DNA of 64,000 bases, taken from positions 32,001-96,000 of the IMG/VR virus record IMGVR_UViG_3300031992_004563. One strand, written 5' to 3'. Each line of letters starts with the position of its first letter. The first letter of the stretch is position 1. This document shows positions 30,678 through 40,114 of the stretch, in pieces. A program made the position numbers and the translations under genes. The DNA comes from a virus (lineage: Duplodnaviria; Heunggongvirae; Uroviricota; Caudoviricetes). The notes below the pieces were generated by a model. That model ran no database searches and had not been told where the DNA came from. It saw only the letters and a program-made list of their open reading frames with translations.

Positions 30678-31709
30678 ATGAGAATGAGAAATGGTTTAAG
30701 TGAAAGTGAAGCTGGAAAATTAGGAGCTATTGCTGCAAAAAAGATTTATGAAGAACGTAAATTAAAAGCAATTCAAATATATAATGAAAATCCTAATTTA
30801 TGTGCTTATTGCAATAACCCAATTCCATATATAAAACGTGGAAATAAATGTTGTTGTCAAAGTCATTCAGTTTCATATTCAAATTTACAAAGAACACCTG
30901 AACAAAATAAAAAGAAAGCATAGAGTATTAAAAAATATTATGAAAATAAATTAGTAATTAAAGATAATATACATGATCGTAAAGTATTTACAAAACCAGA
31001 AGATATCGAAAAACATAGAAAGATAAAATATTGTAAATATTGTGGTTGTGAAAAAGGTAAATGTATTGATGAATATGTATGTAAAAAACATCAAATATTT
31101 AAAACTTTAGAAAAATTTGGATTTGATAATTCAAAAATTGGAACAGTTGATATAGTAGATGAATATTATAAAATAAGAAATATAATTTTAGATTTTTATT
31201 TAAAAAATGGTTCAGATGAAACATTATTAAAAGATTAGTTTAATTATATTTCGGGTGGAGCAAATTTTCATAAAATATTAAAATCTTTAGATATTAATAG
31301 TAGAAATCAATCTGATGCTCAATAGTTTTCTATTGAGCATAATAGAAGAGATTTAATTCCAGTAGGAATACATTATAAATTTAAAGATGAATATCATATA
31401 ACATGGGATAATAGAGAAGTTTATTTACGATCAAGTTATGAAACTGATTTTGCAAATGAACTTGATAATAAACAAATTTATTATGAAGTAGAAACATTAA
31501 GAATAAAATATTTTGATACACAAAGGAATCAATTTAGATTAGCAGTTCCTGATTTTTATCTACCTGAAACAAATATGATAATTGAAATAAAATCTATATT
31601 TACTTTAGACATTCAAAATATGAAAGATAAAGTTAAAGCATATAAAGATTTAGGATATAATTTTAAATTAATTCTTGAACATCAAGAAGTTGATTTAAAT
31701 TCATTATAA
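30678..31709 (+). CDS. Free-standing PD-(D/E)xK (TnsA-like) endonuclease, 343 aa with TAG=Gln
   Basis: 3 in-frame TAG; Cys clusters; YLRSSYE, VPDFYL, IIEIKS. Confidence 0.82.
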
Positions 31710-31711
31710 AT

Positions 31712-31828
31712 AAGTGTAAAAGATATCGGTTCGAATCCGGCTCGCACGGAAGCAGAGAGTCAGACTTCCAAGTGATAGTTGGCCTGAAATTGGTCTTAGA
31801 ATATAATTGGCCTAAAACATTTACACTT
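31712..31828 (+). ncRNA. Circularly permuted tRNA-like element
   Basis: Order: AAGTGTAAA, T arm, TCGC, linker hairpin, GTGA-TA, D-like region, TTTACACTT. Confidence 0.5.
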
Positions 31829-32114
31829 TAAACTATAAAATCCAAATATGACTAGTTTGGTTGACACCATGAAAGAATGGTCCGCTATAGGGTGATGTAG
31901 TCGTTTGCAGACCCGTTAGTTTACCGTTAAAGATCCACGGGATGCATGGTTAATTGGTTTTACCGCAGGATGGAGATTAGTCACTTCAAAACCAAACCTT
32001 AGTAAGAAGATGCAAATTCCGAACAGTGGCTTGGGGAAATATAATTGCATGTTTATTTCCCTATAATCCAATAGTTGAGAAAACAACTTAAATAAATCAA
32101 AGTAAATTTACTTC

Positions 32115-32196
32115 AGCGAGATAGTTTAATATTTGCTACCAGAATACTGTGCACATGACACAGTGGATGTCAGTTGAAGTCTGGCTCTCGCAACCA
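32115..32196 (+). tRNA. Atypical tRNA-Met-like (CAT) with encoded CCA
   Basis: A1-A72 mismatch; CTGTG CACATGA CACAG; T loop TTGAAGT; ACCA end. Confidence 0.65.
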
Positions 32197-32588
32197 ATAG
32201 TTGATGTAAACAACTTTAAAAACCAATATTAAACCACGAAAAAGACTAGAGTTACAGCGATTTCCAGTAGCCGAGGACGAAGCCGTGTGGGTCACCATTG
32301 AAATCAAGACCTCTTCTAGTGAGAAGGGTGACATTACTCTCTGGAATTTACGAGTAATGGGATGGGCCAAAAACAACACTATGTGGTTTATACTTATAGT
32401 TGAAGGAAAACAACTTTAAAAAAGACAATAACCTATGAATAATTAGGTGCGTTAAACCAGCTACACAAATGCTGTATGTGATAGTGATAAAATGCAGCCA
32501 TGGAGGCTAACAAAAAGATTGCAAGCTTTTTGAATGCATTAATAACTTCCATGATTAAATAGTTGAAGGACATACAACTTTAAAAACC

Positions 32589-32671
32589 CGTTGGTGTTTC
32601 AGCGGATACAAACACACAAAGGGAGCGTCGGCCGAGTCCACAGAGGGTTGAACCCGTAGACCCTCAAACTT
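32589..32671 (+). ncRNA. Three-hairpin ncRNA family, copy B
   Basis: GTGTTT/AAACAC, ACAAA, H2, GAGGGT/ACCCTC, AAACTT. Confidence 0.55.
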
Positions 32672-32885
32672 ATAGTTGAGGTACAACAACTGAAAAAACC
32701 AATAAAAGTATTATAACTGAAGTTATTTTACTACGTTAACATATCCACAACCGTATATCTTGAAAAATAGTGGTGGTTCACAAAACAAATGTTTATCATT
32801 CGAATAATTCATAAGTATCCATGGAAGGCTTATGATGCGGATACTGTTAATATTTTATAGTTGAGGGACAACAACTTACCAAACC

Positions 32886-33007
32886 CGTTGATGGCTCAGT
32901 GCTGGAATATGCGAGTTGGAACCATACAAAGTGCGGTTACGTTACGAGGCACCACGAGAGTTGATTGGGTATCAGGTATTTAACCGTCGGACTAGACTCT
33001 CAAACTT
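32886..33007 (+). ncRNA. Three-hairpin ncRNA family, copy C
   Basis: ATGG/CCAT, ACAAA, GTGC/GCAC, GAGAGT/ACTCTC, AAACTT. Confidence 0.55.
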
Positions 33008-33103
33008 ATAAAATATCTTATTTAAGGGCTGTCTTAAGGACACTTTGGATAGGGTGGAGAATACATAAAAAGAGTATTCGTATAAAATAAGATATTTTAA
33101 TAT

Positions 33104-33177
33104 TGCCCTGTAGCTCAATTGGCTAGAGCGTCTGATTTTGGTTCAGAAGGTTGGGGATTCGAACTCCTCCAGGGCAA
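33104..33177 (+). tRNA. tRNA-Gln(TTG)
   Basis: TCTGA TTTTGGT TCAGA; U1-A72. Confidence 0.88.
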
Positions 33178-33184
33178 CATAGTG

Positions 33185-33273
33185 AAATATATAGCTCAAT
33201 GATGGCGCACTAAAACATGTAGAGCACCGGCCAGTTAAGTCGGCGATATGAGGTTTGATTCCCATTATATTTT
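33185..33273 (+). tRNA. Atypical tRNA-Asn(GTT) with enlarged D loop
   Basis: CCGGC CAGTTAA GTCGG; all-AT acceptor; 24-nt D loop. Confidence 0.6.
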
Positions 33274-33370
33274 GAATCGGTCACTGATATTGTCAGGAAG
33301 CAATTTCTGGCTGGGATATAAAAGTATCACACTGATAAACTATTTTGAAACTTATATATAAATTATATTA

Positions 33371-33660
33371 TATTAGTAAAACTAAAGAGATAAAGAAAAA
33401 TATAGTTAGACCAAATCTGACTGAATTTAGAGAGTTATATCTTAAGTCATTGGAAGAATTTGAGTTATAGCCAATTTATAAAGATTTGATTGAACTATAT
33501 TATGAATTCAAAAAGTCTAAACTTAAGTATAGACTTTCTATAGACTAGTTTGATCTATAGTTTTCTAGTTTAAACTCATCTAAATCTAATAAGTGCATTT
33601 ATATTTTGATTCTTTTGAATTTTTGTTCTAAAAGTTATAAAATTGTATAAATGTTAATAG
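33371..33660 (+). pseudogene. 3'-only remnant of a TnpB gene of the 2206/7794 family (candidate stand-alone omegaRNA)
   Basis: Translates YISKTKEIKKNIVRP...KSLEEF...YYEFKKSKLKYRLSIDQFDLQFS, matching the TnpB C-terminus; no start or RuvC motifs. Confidence 0.8.
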
Positions 33661-33753
33661 TTTAAATACCTAATAAACAATATTGCATAAGGATGTTCCT
33701 ATTTTATAATCACAAAGTTTGATTGCAGTTCATACTCCTCGCAATATTTAAAT

Positions 33754-33826
33754 TGGGAGATCAGCTAATCGGTTAGGCTTCATCTCTGATAAGGATGCCA
33801 TCCGGGTTCAAGTCCCGGTCTCCCAA
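33754..33826 (+). tRNA. tRNA-Ile(GAT)
   Basis: CATCT CTGATAA GGATG. Confidence 0.85.
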
Positions 33827-33870
33827 CAAATGAAACAATTTAATATATTTGTAATATAATATATAAATAA

Positions 33871-33945
33871 CGGGTAGTAGTTCAGTCCGGTTAGAATGCT
33901 GCATTTGGGATGCAGAGGTCGTGAGTTCGAATCTCGCCTACCCGA
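33871..33945 (+). tRNA. tRNA-Pro(TGG)
   Basis: CTGCA TTTGGGA TGCAG; C1-G72. Confidence 0.92.
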
Positions 33946-34532
33946 CAAAATAATAATTAAAAATATTGTTTAATGCATTTGGGCGAGAAGCATTGAACGA
34001 TTGATGCTCATCCTGAACAATGGTTTGACTCCAATACGTCCATGCTAAACGGCAATATAAAATAAGGATTTATTATTAAATAATAGAAAATAATAATTCA
34101 ATGTCTCTCATGTTAGGCGATCAGGTACAGAGACGGATGATTATAGATAGTATAATTTGTTAATTAAAAAGTCGGTGCAAATCCGGCGTAAAATTTAAAA
34201 AATAATTTAATTTTTGCACATAGTATTAAATTATAATTTGTTGTTAAATAAAAGTGCAATATAAAAATTAAATTATAATACATAAATTTTAAATAGATTT
34301 AAATGAAATTGAATTATTATTTAAATTTCCAAGTAAATTTAAAAATCGCTAATATGCTCGGATAGGTATAAGCATACATTAATTCGATGGCCAAATGATT
34401 AATTATGAGTTGGTGGGTGATTATATTGAAAATTGCATATTGAAAAGGAGCAAATTTAATAGAGAAATATTATAATTATTTGTTTAATTATAATAGAGTA
34501 GCTCGCAACAATTATTTTCCGAATTTTTAAAT

Positions 34533-34675
34533 GGCCCATTCGTCTATCGGCTAGGACGCCAGATTTACGTTGGAAAGAAAACCATACTATTAAAAACTCC
34601 AGTTTGGAATATAATATTTGATTATATTATATTTCACTCATTCTGGAAAGAGCAGTTCGATTCTGCTATGGGCTA
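34533..34675 (+). tRNA. tRNA-Glu(TTC) with ~71-nt anticodon intron (34567-34637)
   Basis: CCAGA TTT [insert] TCAT TCTGG; spliced arm equals that of the adjacent intact tRNA-Glu. Confidence 0.85.
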
Positions 34676-34699
34676 CTTTACAATTAAAATTAAAAATAT

Positions 34700-34778
34700 G
34701 GATCATTCGAATATCGGTTAGTTCGCCAGATTTTCATTCTGGAAAGGTTTTAGGGTTCGACTCCCACATGATCTACCA
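34700..34778 (+). tRNA. tRNA-Glu(TTC)
   Basis: CCAGA TTTTCAT TCTGG; encoded CCA. Confidence 0.85.
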
Positions 34779-34897
34779 AATTAAACTTGCAATCCAACGA
34801 TTACTATATGTAAGTTCGGGATTTGGATGGGCACTACCAAACGGACCGAGAACCGCGTGCATTCGAGATTGGTGACGGTGTGGAGAGACACACTCTT

Positions 34898-34972
34898 GGT
34901 CCGGTAGCTCAGTGGTGTAGTAGCAGGACACTCATAATGTCAAGGTCGGGGGTTCAAATCCCTCTCGGACCA
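34898..34972 (+). tRNA. tRNA with CAT anticodon (Met or Ile2)
   Basis: GGTCCGG/TCGGACC; loop CTCATAA. Confidence 0.82.
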
Positions 34973-35350
34973 CGTGAAAAACCGTAGTGTATACTTTATA
35001 TGTTTCACCAAAATGCGGTAACCTCCATATGCCGGCAAACATAAAATATGGCAAGGACAAAGTGAAAACGTATTTTCAGAAAAAAGTTGAAATTATATAC
35101 TGAATGTAATAGAGTCTGGTCATGGCCTGACATTTTGTAGGAGAGTTAACTATTCTGCAAGGTCATATGGAATCAACCCAGTGAAAGACTACGTATATAT
35201 CTCATGAGATTTCAACTTCATTATGGTGCTCTTCTAGAGAGCATGCGGGACAGCGACGTGGCAACCGCAGTGGAAGATTCTCTTCTCCAATAAATACTAG
35301 GCGTCTCCAATAGTTGAAATATGGATAACAACTATAAAACCATATAATAT

Positions 35351-35422
35351 AGCGGGGTAGAGCAGTGGTAGCTCGTCAGGCTCATAACCTGAAGGCCGGG
35401 GGTTCGAATCCCTCCCCCGCAA
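35351..35422 (+). tRNA. Initiator tRNA-fMet(CAT)
   Basis: 1-72 mismatch; GAGC/GCTC D stem; TCAGG CTCATAA CCTGA. Confidence 0.9.
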
Positions 35423-35427
35423 CAGAG

Positions 35428-35527
35428 GCCCATGTCTGAAATGGCTTGCAGGTTCGAGTCCTGTCTTTGGTGTTTCATCATTTTATGGTGTTCCTACCGA
35501 GGTGGCGAAAGTGGTAAACGCGTGGGT
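35428..35527 (+). tRNA. Circularly permuted Leu-type tRNA gene (3' half first, break in anticodon loop)
   Basis: GCCCA, long variable arm, T arm, CTTTGGT-G, 23-nt linker, ACCGAGG, TG, GCG..GGTAAA..CGC, G, TGGGT. Confidence 0.75.
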
Positions 35528-35736
35528 AAGATTGTTGTTGGCTATAACAACATTAAACAAATATAGCAACTTTAACTAATATATTATGTTAGACACTAAT
35601 TATATTCCTTAAATGAAAAGTAAAGTATTGAGTAATAGAATACATGAGGGTTCGTACCCTGGAGTAGAAATCGACCAAGAAATGCATATAATTATATGGG
35701 TGCAACTCCCATAATAATATTTTAGTTAATCATATT

Positions 35737-35811
35737 GGTATCATCGTTCAACGGCTAGGATGCAACACTGTCACTGTTGTGATGCGGGTTCGATTCCCGC
35801 TGGTACCGCCA
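35737..35811 (+). tRNA. tRNA-Asp(GTC)
   Basis: CAACA CTGTCAC TGTTG; G73; encoded CCA. Confidence 0.92.
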
Positions 35812-36127
35812 ATTTAGGTTAAGTCCAAAGATATCCAGGTAGTTTGTAAGGATTAAAGAATAGAACTTTAAACACTTCGCTAATATGCTTTTGAGGGAGC
35901 ACATGGAATATCGAATTGTTACCGGCGTAACATGAACCGGGAGTCGTAAGGAACATAGTCCGAAGTCAACAAAATGAGAATTTGATGCGTAAGCCAGGTG
36001 TGCGACGAACTGGACATCGCCTCTCAATAACGCAAACTGGACAAGTGTAACCAGATAGCTGTCGTATATTAGTCTATTCAATGGTATACGTCTCAGAGCA
36101 CTTCGGCGGACCTCTAATCCTAAATTT
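35811..36127 (+). ncRNA. ~315-nt stem-closed structured RNA of unknown family
   Basis: AATTTAGG/CCTAAATT closing stem; GC-richer than flanking genes; no credible ORF. Confidence 0.45.
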
Positions 36128-36554
36128 TTAATTTAAACATAAATTTGTAAATCAAATCCTGGGTTAATCGCCGGGTTGACGGTTCGGAAAAAAGACGAAC
36201 TAGGCATGCAATACTGCTAAGAGAAACTTTTTGTATTGCGCGGACTTTGGTGGTTGAAGCGCAGAATGCAGATATTGATTAACTGAAAACCATCTTTTGG
36301 ATATATGTTATTGGTTTAACATATATTCACTCTAAAGCAACACGCATTATCAATTAAGTAGGTTGCTCCATATTAAGTGAAAGTAATAGTTGACTACTAT
36401 ATGATAACTTAAAGAAGAGTTGAAGTGGTACATAGACTAATTAGGGCTAAATAAATTGGTTGACGAGATAAAATGGGAACTAGTCATTCCCATTCTCGAA
36501 AAAGTTAATTCTTTAAGAATTTTTGGAAAACTTTAAAAACGAAAAATTCACCGA

Positions 36555-36629
36555 GGGCCCTTCATATAGTCTGGTTTAGTATGTCAGCTCTGCAAGCTGA
36601 TCACGCCGGTTCGAATCCGGCAGGGTCCA
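36555..36629 (+). tRNA. tRNA-Ala(TGC)
   Basis: G3-U70; TCAGC TCTGCAA GCTGA. Confidence 0.88.
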
Positions 36630-37376
36630 CTGATTTTCAATAAGTAACAGAAACGAGGTTGAGGTATAGATGATGGGAAAATATGACAGAGACTAAACAG
36701 AGACGACTTATTGAAACAACACTATAATATCTAATATTCAGTGGGGAGTAGGCTTGACCGAAATTAAAACATCTGACCCATGTTGGTAGTTAGATATTTG
36801 AAATAACGTACGAAAAAGATGAAACAAACTCCACCGTTTCATACATTGGGAGATGATCTTTTGGTGTTGTGGAAGCCTGCAATGGTGTAAGAAAATCGCA
36901 ATGGTTTATCCATATTATAACGTGTAATATGGGATTTAAATTCCACCAATTTTTGAATTATAATTAAATGCGTAGAACGATCAATAAAATGCGACATACG
37001 AAAGTCACATGGGATAAATGGAATTTGCTATTATACCGCAATTCATAAGTATGTTCACTGTGGAGAATCGGGAATCAGTGGTTTAATTATTTACACTTGG
37101 AGATTACGTATCAATATAGGTGTGTATATTTTAAAAGTGACGGTCGGGGTGAAAATCCAAGCGAGTTTAAACGGGAAGGAAGAGAGAAAATTTATCAAGT
37201 CATATGCTCCTGATAAATATACGGCTTTTAAAATAAATTATATCCTGTATGGGTTCTATACACCGAGCACTTATAATCCTCGTCATTATATACTGCTCGT
37301 TAAAATTATTTGGTTTATAGCACTAGTCTTGATTTTTCTTAAATAAATATAATATAAAATACATTTATTAGTTAAT

Positions 37377-38093
37377 ATGTTATATTGTAAATATTGTGGC
37401 AAAGAATGTAAAAATTTAAATTCATTAAGACAGCATGAGATTAGGTGTAAACAAAATCCTAATAGAATTAAAATGGATTTATCAAAATGGAAGTGCCCAC
37501 CAGAAAAAAGAAAATTAGGAACAAAAAATAAAGTTGCTTTAACTAATGGAAATAAAAACAAATATCTATTTCCTAATGAAGCAGAAGAATTTTTACAAAA
37601 TAATTTAGATTGGCATAAAGGATTTACAATTATAAATCATGGTCCAAATTTAGGAATTGCATCCACTCCTGAAAAAGAGGCTGAGAGAAAAAGAAAAATT
37701 TCAGAAACAATGAAGAAAAATCCATTAGCTGGTGGTAGAAGAATAGGTAGTGGACGAGGAAAACAAGGATGGTATAAAGGAATTTATTGTGATAGTTCTT
37801 GGGAACTTGCATTTTTGGTATATTATTTAGATCATAATAAAAATATAAAGAGATGTGAAGAACGAAGAGAATATATTTTTAATAATGAAAAACATACTTA
37901 TATTCCTGATTTTATAACAGATGATGGTATTATAGAAATAAAGGGATATAAAACACAACAATGGAAATCCAAATTAGAACAAAATCCTGATATAAAAGTT
38001 TTATATGAAGATGATATTAAACCATATTTAGATTATGCAACATCATTATATGGCCAGTATTATTGGGAAGTTCTATATGAAAATAAAAAATAA
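37377..38093 (+). CDS. Free-standing PD-(D/E)xK (TnsA-like) endonuclease with Zn finger
   Basis: CKYCGKEC..H...C; RKRKISETMK; CDSSWELAF; YIPDF; IIEIKG. Confidence 0.85.
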   Translation: MLYCKYCGKECKNLNSLRQHEIRCKQNPNRIKMDLSKWKCPPEKRKLGTKNKVALTNGNKNKYLFPNEAEEFLQNNLDWHKGFTIINHGPNLGIASTPEKEAERKRKISETMKKNPLAGGRRIGSGRGKQGWYKGIYCDSSWELAFLVYYLDHNKNIKRCEERREYIFNNEKHTYIPDFITDDGIIEIKGYKTQQWKSKLEQNPDIKVLYEDDIKPYLDYATSLYGQYYWEVLYENKK

Positions 38094-38097
38094 GTTT

Positions 38098-38182
38098 GGA
38101 GGCATGCCGAAGTGGTCATAACGGCACTGACTTGAAATCAGCTGTGGCTCACGCCCCGGGGGTTCGAATCCCTCTGCCTCCG
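38098..38182 (+). tRNA. tRNA-Ser(TGA)
   Basis: Loop CTTGAAA; long variable arm; G73. Confidence 0.9.
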
Positions 38183-38316
38183 CCGTTAAATATAAACCTG
38201 CATAGTAAAGTTCCTATTATAGGTTCGATTCCTAAAATTACTGGATGGTTATTACTTTCCGCGGGTTTAACTTATAATAAAATGCATAAAGTTGTTCCTA
38301 TTTAGTTTATTGAAAA

Positions 38317-38397
38317 GCAGGAAGTCGGGGGTTCGAGTCCCTCTCTCCACACAAATAATATAAAATGTGGAGATAACTCAGATGGTAGAGTGCCCGC
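38317..38397 (+). tRNA. Circularly permuted class-I tRNA gene (anticodon ambiguous)
   Basis: GCAGG AAGTC GGGGG TTCGAGT CCCTC TCTCCAC A, 15-nt linker, GTGGAGA TA ACTC AGATGGTA GAGT G CCCGC. Confidence 0.8.
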
Positions 38398-38995
38398 CTA
38401 AACATACACTTCGCGTTTTATCCCCCTTATAATAGTTTGAACATTGCTATTTAAATAATGTTACGCCTTACCCGGTTTAAGTTGAAAGAGTGCCCGGGCT
38501 GTAGATCTAAAAGCCAAAAGCTAATCTATAAAAAACTTATCGCTCCATTTGCACTTGGAAGGTTGAGTGCAATTTTTAATATATCATTACTGAGGTGGAT
38601 AGGAGAAGCATATAAAACCCGAATCCTGAGGAAATGGCGTAACGACAAAAAGTTAGAAGGGCCGAAGAAACCGTCGTTGCTTGATATACGGTGTGGAAAG
38701 GCGTGGTAAGTAATGATTATTTTTATAATTCTCAAACCTTGTGGGTGCCAGAAAACACCACATGCAGAAAGTATTTAATATTGCTAGCGATTAAAGAAAT
38801 TTGGTTCGTTATTGAGAATTTTTTCTTTAATAAACATTATCGAATCCATTTAAGTAATATTCGATATAACTGAGAATAATTACATTAATATTAAATGGCG
38901 TTGCTACTCATCTGGTATGGAGGCATACTGAGTACCTTGGTCTATTACGAGAAGATAGGCCGGTGTTTAAATTTAAGATAATGTTTATTTTTAAT

Positions 38996-39078
38996 GGGAG
39001 AGTTCCTAATGCGGTAATTAGGACCAGACTGTAAATCTGGCGGCTTAGCCTTCGGGGGTTCGAATCCCTCCTCTCCCA
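38996..39078 (+). tRNA. tRNA-Tyr(GTA)
   Basis: CCAGA CTGTAAA TCTGG; variable arm. Confidence 0.9.
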
Positions 39079-39099
39079 CAGTTTTTAATAAACTTATAT

Positions 39100-39173
39100 G
39101 GTGTCCGTAGCTCAATTGGTAGAGTGCTGGATTGTGGTTCCAGTGGTTCTCGGATCATACCCGAGCGGGCACC
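39100..39173 (+). tRNA. tRNA-His(GTG) with encoded G-1
   Basis: CTGGA TTGTGGT TCCAG; G-1:C73; T loop ATCATAC. Confidence 0.88.
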
Positions 39174-39307
39174 CCTACTTAGGATGTACACCAGGCAGAC
39201 TGTTGAGTCATATAAACAGTATAATCCTATTTTGAATGTTGGTTTTAGAGTGAGGGGTTCTGAAAGACTTAAAGAGAACTCACCTACTGGATGCATACAG
39301 TGATTAT

Positions 39308-39376
39308 CGCCACGGGAATCGTAGTTGATTTTTAGAGCCCTTAGCTAAGGTGTCGGAGCGTTACCGGCCGTGGTGT
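39308..39376 (+). tRNA. Atypical tRNA, probably Arg(CCT)
   Basis: CGCCACG/CGTGGTG; loop GCCCTTA; non-canonical D and T loops. Confidence 0.5.
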
Positions 39377-39387
39377 CAAAATTACAT

Positions 39388-39469
39388 GGGCTTATGGCGT
39401 AATAGCGAGCCGCGCCAGACTTAGGATCTGGTTCCGAAAGGAGTAAGGGTTGGAGTCCCTTTAAGCCCA
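39388..39469 (+). tRNA. tRNA-Leu(TAG)
   Basis: CCAGA CTTAGGA TCTGG; variable arm; T loop TTGGAGT. Confidence 0.88.
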
Positions 39470-39680
39470 CATTTAAAAAGAATAATCATTCGATATTTTT
39501 ATGATGTTATATTAAGGGTTCAAATCCCAATTGGGGGCTTGTCGACGAACAAGATATGTATCTTATATAGCTATACTCAAAGTCCCTCGCATTTTTCGAG
39601 TGTTATATAAGTAAGGTCGGACATTATAAAGAAATTGTTAAAACCGTGGAGAGGTGCACATCAAAACGTGAATGATTAAT

Positions 39681-39756
39681 GGTCCTTTAGCTCAGCTGGT
39701 ATTAGAGCACTTGGCTTACATCCAAGGGGTCGTAGGTTCGAATCCTACAGGGACCA
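39681..39756 (+). tRNA. tRNA-Val(TAC)
   Basis: CTTGG CTTACAT CCAAG. Confidence 0.92.
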
Positions 39757-39850
39757 CAATAAGAATAAGAAAAAATAAAGGATTCCAAACAGTTATTCAA
39801 AGTATCTTTTCTTTTTATGTTGTTTTTCTTGGTTCTAACTTTGAATATTT

Positions 39851-39921
39851 GCAGGTATAGCACAACAGTCGTGCACCAGTTTGCCATACTGGGGATCCCG
39901 GGGCAGCACCGGGTATCTGCT
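39851..39921 (+). tRNA. tRNA-Gly(GCC)
   Basis: CCAGT TTGCCAT ACTGG; U73; T loop GGCAGCA. Confidence 0.85.
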
Positions 39922-40035
39922 CAACATTGCAGGTTCTTATTAGAATGAAAGTCTGGAAAATCCAGTGCTAATAAGGTGAAATTAAAATTGTAAGAGACTG
40001 CAAAGGGGTTGAATAATGTGGTCAACCCATAAAAA

Positions 40036-40111
40036 CTAGGTGTAGAGGAGCCCGGTTTATCTCGCGTGAATTGGAATCACGAGCACGCAGGTTCGAATCC
40101 TGCCATCTAGA
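40036..40111 (+). tRNA. tRNA-Pro(TGG)
   Basis: CGTGA ATTGGAA TCACG. Confidence 0.85.
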
Positions 40112-40114
40112 CTT

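Larger units (their letters stand above)
32073..32886 (+). repeat. Array of six AGTTG-loop-CAACT-A-rich pseudoknot repeats separating unique structured RNAs
   Basis: Copies at 32073, 32199, 32398, 32561, 32674, 32859; others at 28294, 28433, 35312. Confidence 0.8.

Noticed and set aside
32073-32886. CRISPR array interpretation of the AGTTG...CAACT repeats
   Set aside because: Repeat loops vary, spacing is irregular (about 110-200 nt), the spacers are structured RNAs including a tRNA, and no cas genes are present.
28294-35345. preQ1-I riboswitch call for the pseudoknot repeats
   Set aside because: Architecture is similar, but the conserved ligand-binding loop nucleotides are absent and no coding genes follow.
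33980-36950. tmRNA
   Set aside because: No Ala-type acceptor with G3-U70 linked to a tag reading frame was found among the tRNA-like elements.
33684-39612. HDV-like (theta) ribozymes at TCCTCG-like motifs (about 33736, 37277, 39583)
   Set aside because: Could not build the full P1/P1.1/P2/P3 nested pseudoknot by eye; a descriptor search is needed.
40006-40038. Hairpin with A-rich tail as another pseudoknot copy
   Set aside because: The second helix is weak and overlaps the acceptor stem of tRNA-Pro at 40036.
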